A stretch of DNA of 62,625 bases, taken from assembly GCA_034780895.1 (NCBI GenBank), contig JAUZTB010008443.1, positions 62,001 to 124,625 on the forward strand. Direction: 5' to 3'. Below are positions 59,988-62,625 of this stretch, piece by piece. This DNA is from Rhynchobatus australiae (taxonomy: Eukaryota). Under the pieces are notes generated by a model. The model ran no database searches. It was not told the origin of the DNA and worked only from the letters and a program-made list of their open reading frames with translations. How positions within the stretch are numbered: position 1 is the stretch's first letter; each line of letters opens with the position of its first letter. Both the position numbers and the translations under genes were made by a program.

Positions 59988-61220
59988 TTATCGGGAAATA
60001 TAAAAGAAACGTTTGCCTAGTTTTACTAATAAAATATCTTTATAGTAGTTTCAGTTAATGTCTTGATTTTCATCGAGGAATTTTTGATGATTAATCTCTA
60101 AAGCTTGATCTTCAAAAAATTCTTTTAATTCACGTTTAGATTTAACTATTTGGGCTTCGATTAAAGTTTCACTTAAAGAATTTTGAAAATTAAATCCTGG
60201 TACTAAGGTTTTGAGAATTTCTAATTCTTTAATTGTCAACTTACGTTGTTTTTCATTCTCTTTACTGAAAAGTAAATTACTAATTTTGAGAGCTGATAAA
60301 TAGTCTTGAGGACTATGAATATCACTAACTAATGAAGCTGCTAGTTGTTGTTGGGCAATCCGTAACTGAGGATTAGCACGATGTTTTTCCATGATTTTTT
60401 CAATTTCAGAAATTTCTAAAAAAGTCATTCATTTTAAATACGCCTCAACAAACTGATCAGGTTGATTAATTAAAAATTGGTATAAATGGTAAGGTGAAGT
60501 CATTTTCTTATCGAGTCATAAAGCGCCTCCGCCTTTTGACTTTCCAAATTTATCACCATTAGCATCAGTTAACAATTTAGCGGTCATTCCTCATGCTAAG
60601 TGTTCTTTACCAACGTTTTTTTCAATTAGTTGAATTCCCGTAACAATGTTTCCTCACTGATCTGAACCACCTATTTGTAAATAAACTTTATGATTTTTGT
60701 ATAAGTAAAAAAAATCATAACCTTGTAAAAGTGCATAACTGAATTCGGTAAATGAAAGTCCACTTTGAATGCGTGAGGCCACAGATTCTTTTGCTAACAT
60801 AGTAGCTAAATTAATTTGTTTACCAACATCACGTAAAAATGCTAAAACATTCATTTTTTTGTAAAAATCGTAATTGTCTAAAGTTTCGAGTCCAAAAGAC
60901 TCAAGTTGTCTTTTAATTTTTGCTTTATTTTGTTTTAAGATTTTGGCATCAATAAATTTACGTTCGCTTTTTTTAAAGGAAGGGTCGCCAACCATTCCTG
61001 TAGCTCCTCCTAAGATAGCTATAGCTCTAATTCCAGCTTTTTTAAATCTTTTCAAAATACAAATTTGCGTATAGTTACCCAAATGTAAAGACTTTGCAGT
61101 AGGGTCAAAACCAATATAAACGGCAGCGTCTTGAGGCATTTTTAAGGCTTTAACTTCGCTTGTAATTTGTTTGATTATTCCGCGCTCATTGAGATCGCTT
61201 AACACTTTTTTCATAAACAT
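59988..61220 (-). CDS. tyrS: Tyrosine--tRNA ligase (start 61220 or 61214)
   Basis: YIGFDPTAKSLHLGN (HIGH), GDPS, EFSYALLQGYDF, QIGGSDQWGNI, KFGKS (KMSKS). Confidence 0.97.
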
Positions 61221-61333
61221 ATTATCTATTAAAAAGTTCAATTTTATGAAAATAATTAACTCAAAAATTAGCCTTTTAAGGTTTTTAAAAGTTAAATTAA
61301 GAAGTATTAAAAAACTTACTTTATAATCAAATT

Positions 61334-61798
61334 GTGAAAAATTCGCCGATTTCTTGAGATACCTATTTTATGACTTTAGCTAAAGTCAGCGCCTTGCGTA
61401 GTAAAGACCCTATTACTAAAGTTGGTGCTTGTTTAGTCAATGAAGATAAACGCGTTGTTGCTTTAGGTTATAATGGTATGCCTAAAGGTAATGATGATGC
61501 TTTTCCTTGAGGCAAAGAAGGTCTTTATGATCATGATCGTAAATACGCCTATGTTATTCATGCCGAACTCAACGCGATTCTCAATGCCACCGTTCCTTTA
61601 AAAGAAATAAAGCTTTATACAACTTTATTTCCTTGTTCCAATTGTTCCAAAACAATTGCCCAAACGGGAATTAAGGAAATTATTTTTGAAGAATCAGCTA
61701 AGATGCAATCTGAAGATTTTATGATTGCCAAAAAGATTTTAGATCAGAGTAAAATCACTTATCGCCAAGTTACTAAAATTAAATTAAGTGTCGAATAA
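61334..61798 (+). CDS. dctD: dCMP deaminase (not in the ORF track)
   Basis: ISWDTYFM...RSKDP.TKVGAC, GYNG, HAELNAI, PCSNC zinc motifs; GTG start. Confidence 0.93.
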
Positions 61799-61841
61799 TT
61801 TTTCTATTTTAAATTAAGTTACTAAATAAAAAGGAGATTGC

Positions 61842-62546
61842 ATGACCCCACACATTAGTGCTAAAAAAAACGAAATTGCTGATTTTGTTTTGATGCCTGG
61901 TGATCCTAAAAGAGCGCAAACAATGGCTCATCGTTATTTAGAAAATGTAAAATTAGTTTCTTCTGTTCGTAATACTTGAATGTTTACAGGAACTTATAAA
62001 AATCGTCCTATCAGCATTTGCGCGAGCGGCATGGGGATGGCTTCAATAGGCATCTATGCTTATGAACTTTTTAAGTATTATGATGTTAAAACGATTATTC
62101 GCGTCGGCACAGCTGGTTCTTATAAAAAAGACTTAAAAGTTTATGATCTTGTTTTAGCAAATAGTGCCTTTAGTGAGAATAGCCAAATCGCAGGCATTTT
62201 ACAAGAAAAGGCCAGCAATTTAGCTTATCCTGATTTAGCCTTAAGCGCCAAAATTGTTGCCACAGCCAAAAACCTTAATTACCCTTTGCAAGAGGGCCAA
62301 ATTTACACTACTGATCTTTTGTATGATAATCGTACTTTAGAAGAAATTGAAAAAATTACTAATGGTGCTATCGCGGTCGAAATGGAAGCTTTTAGTTTGT
62401 TCACTGTCGCTAAAGCATTAAATAAAGCAGCCGCTACTTTATTAACTATTAGTGATAATATCGTTACCAAAATATTAACTACCTCAGAAGAGCGTCAAAA
62501 CAGTTTTGACAAAATGATTATTTTAGCGCTTGAAACTAGTTTATAA
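61842..62546 (+). CDS. deoD: Purine nucleoside phosphorylase
   Basis: MTPHISA, LMPGDPKRA, SGMGMASIGIY, IIRVGTAG, VEMEA; SD AGGAG. Confidence 0.96.
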
Positions 62547-62625
62547 TCTTTAGTTGATAATGTTTAATTTACTAGAAATAATAGATAAAAAAGCTTTAAA
62601 TCAAGAGTTGACTGAAGCTGAAATT

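Noticed and set aside
6800-61074. Short antisense or alternate-frame ORFs in the track (e.g. 6800-7021, 20752-21096, 22086-22337, 37941-38408, 49184-50455, 52271-52477, 54018-54200)
   Set aside because: Most are shadows of real genes on the opposite strand or another frame, with no SD, motif or protein-like composition.
464-62546. Many split ORFs that look like pseudogenes or frameshifts (uvrB, secA, dnaE, gyrB, tuf, tyrS and others)
   Set aside because: The breaks are TGA codons and the pieces share one frame; these are intact genes in code 4.

Overview
AT-rich bacterial chromosome window from a mollicute (Mycoplasma-type) that reads TGA as Trp (genetic code 4). The supplied ORF track fragments nearly every gene at TGA and misses several. 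I re-joined genes by hand in code 4; coordinates include stop codons, and long genes were frame-checked at the junctions but not at every codon. Most of the window is core genome: gap (partial), fmt, uvrB, coaD, secA, tig, tRNA-Arg(UCU), SRP RNA, a dnaE-5'3'exo-coaE-dnaB-dnaI-like block, thiI, rpsD, gyrB, licA, smc, glyA, mscL, rluD, tuf, engB, tyrS, dCMP deaminase and deoD. The most notable items are: (1) an unannotated ~200-nt five-hairpin ncRNA candidate with its own sigma70 promoter and terminator (58551-58790); (2) a family of three SGNH/GDSL lipases, one a 2530-aa giant with about 8 cryptic ~210-aa helical repeats; (3) an operon of a tail-anchored coiled-coil protein, a diadenylate cyclase and two tandem MgtE genes; (4) an Old Yellow Enzyme, degenerate CitE-like and SGNH esterase operon; (5) a candidate EzrA relic and a DnaI-like gene without a P-loop; (6) about 13 genes with a -10 box exactly 6-7 nt before the start codon, suggesting leaderless mRNAs. 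I saw no CRISPR array, IS element, prophage or rRNA.
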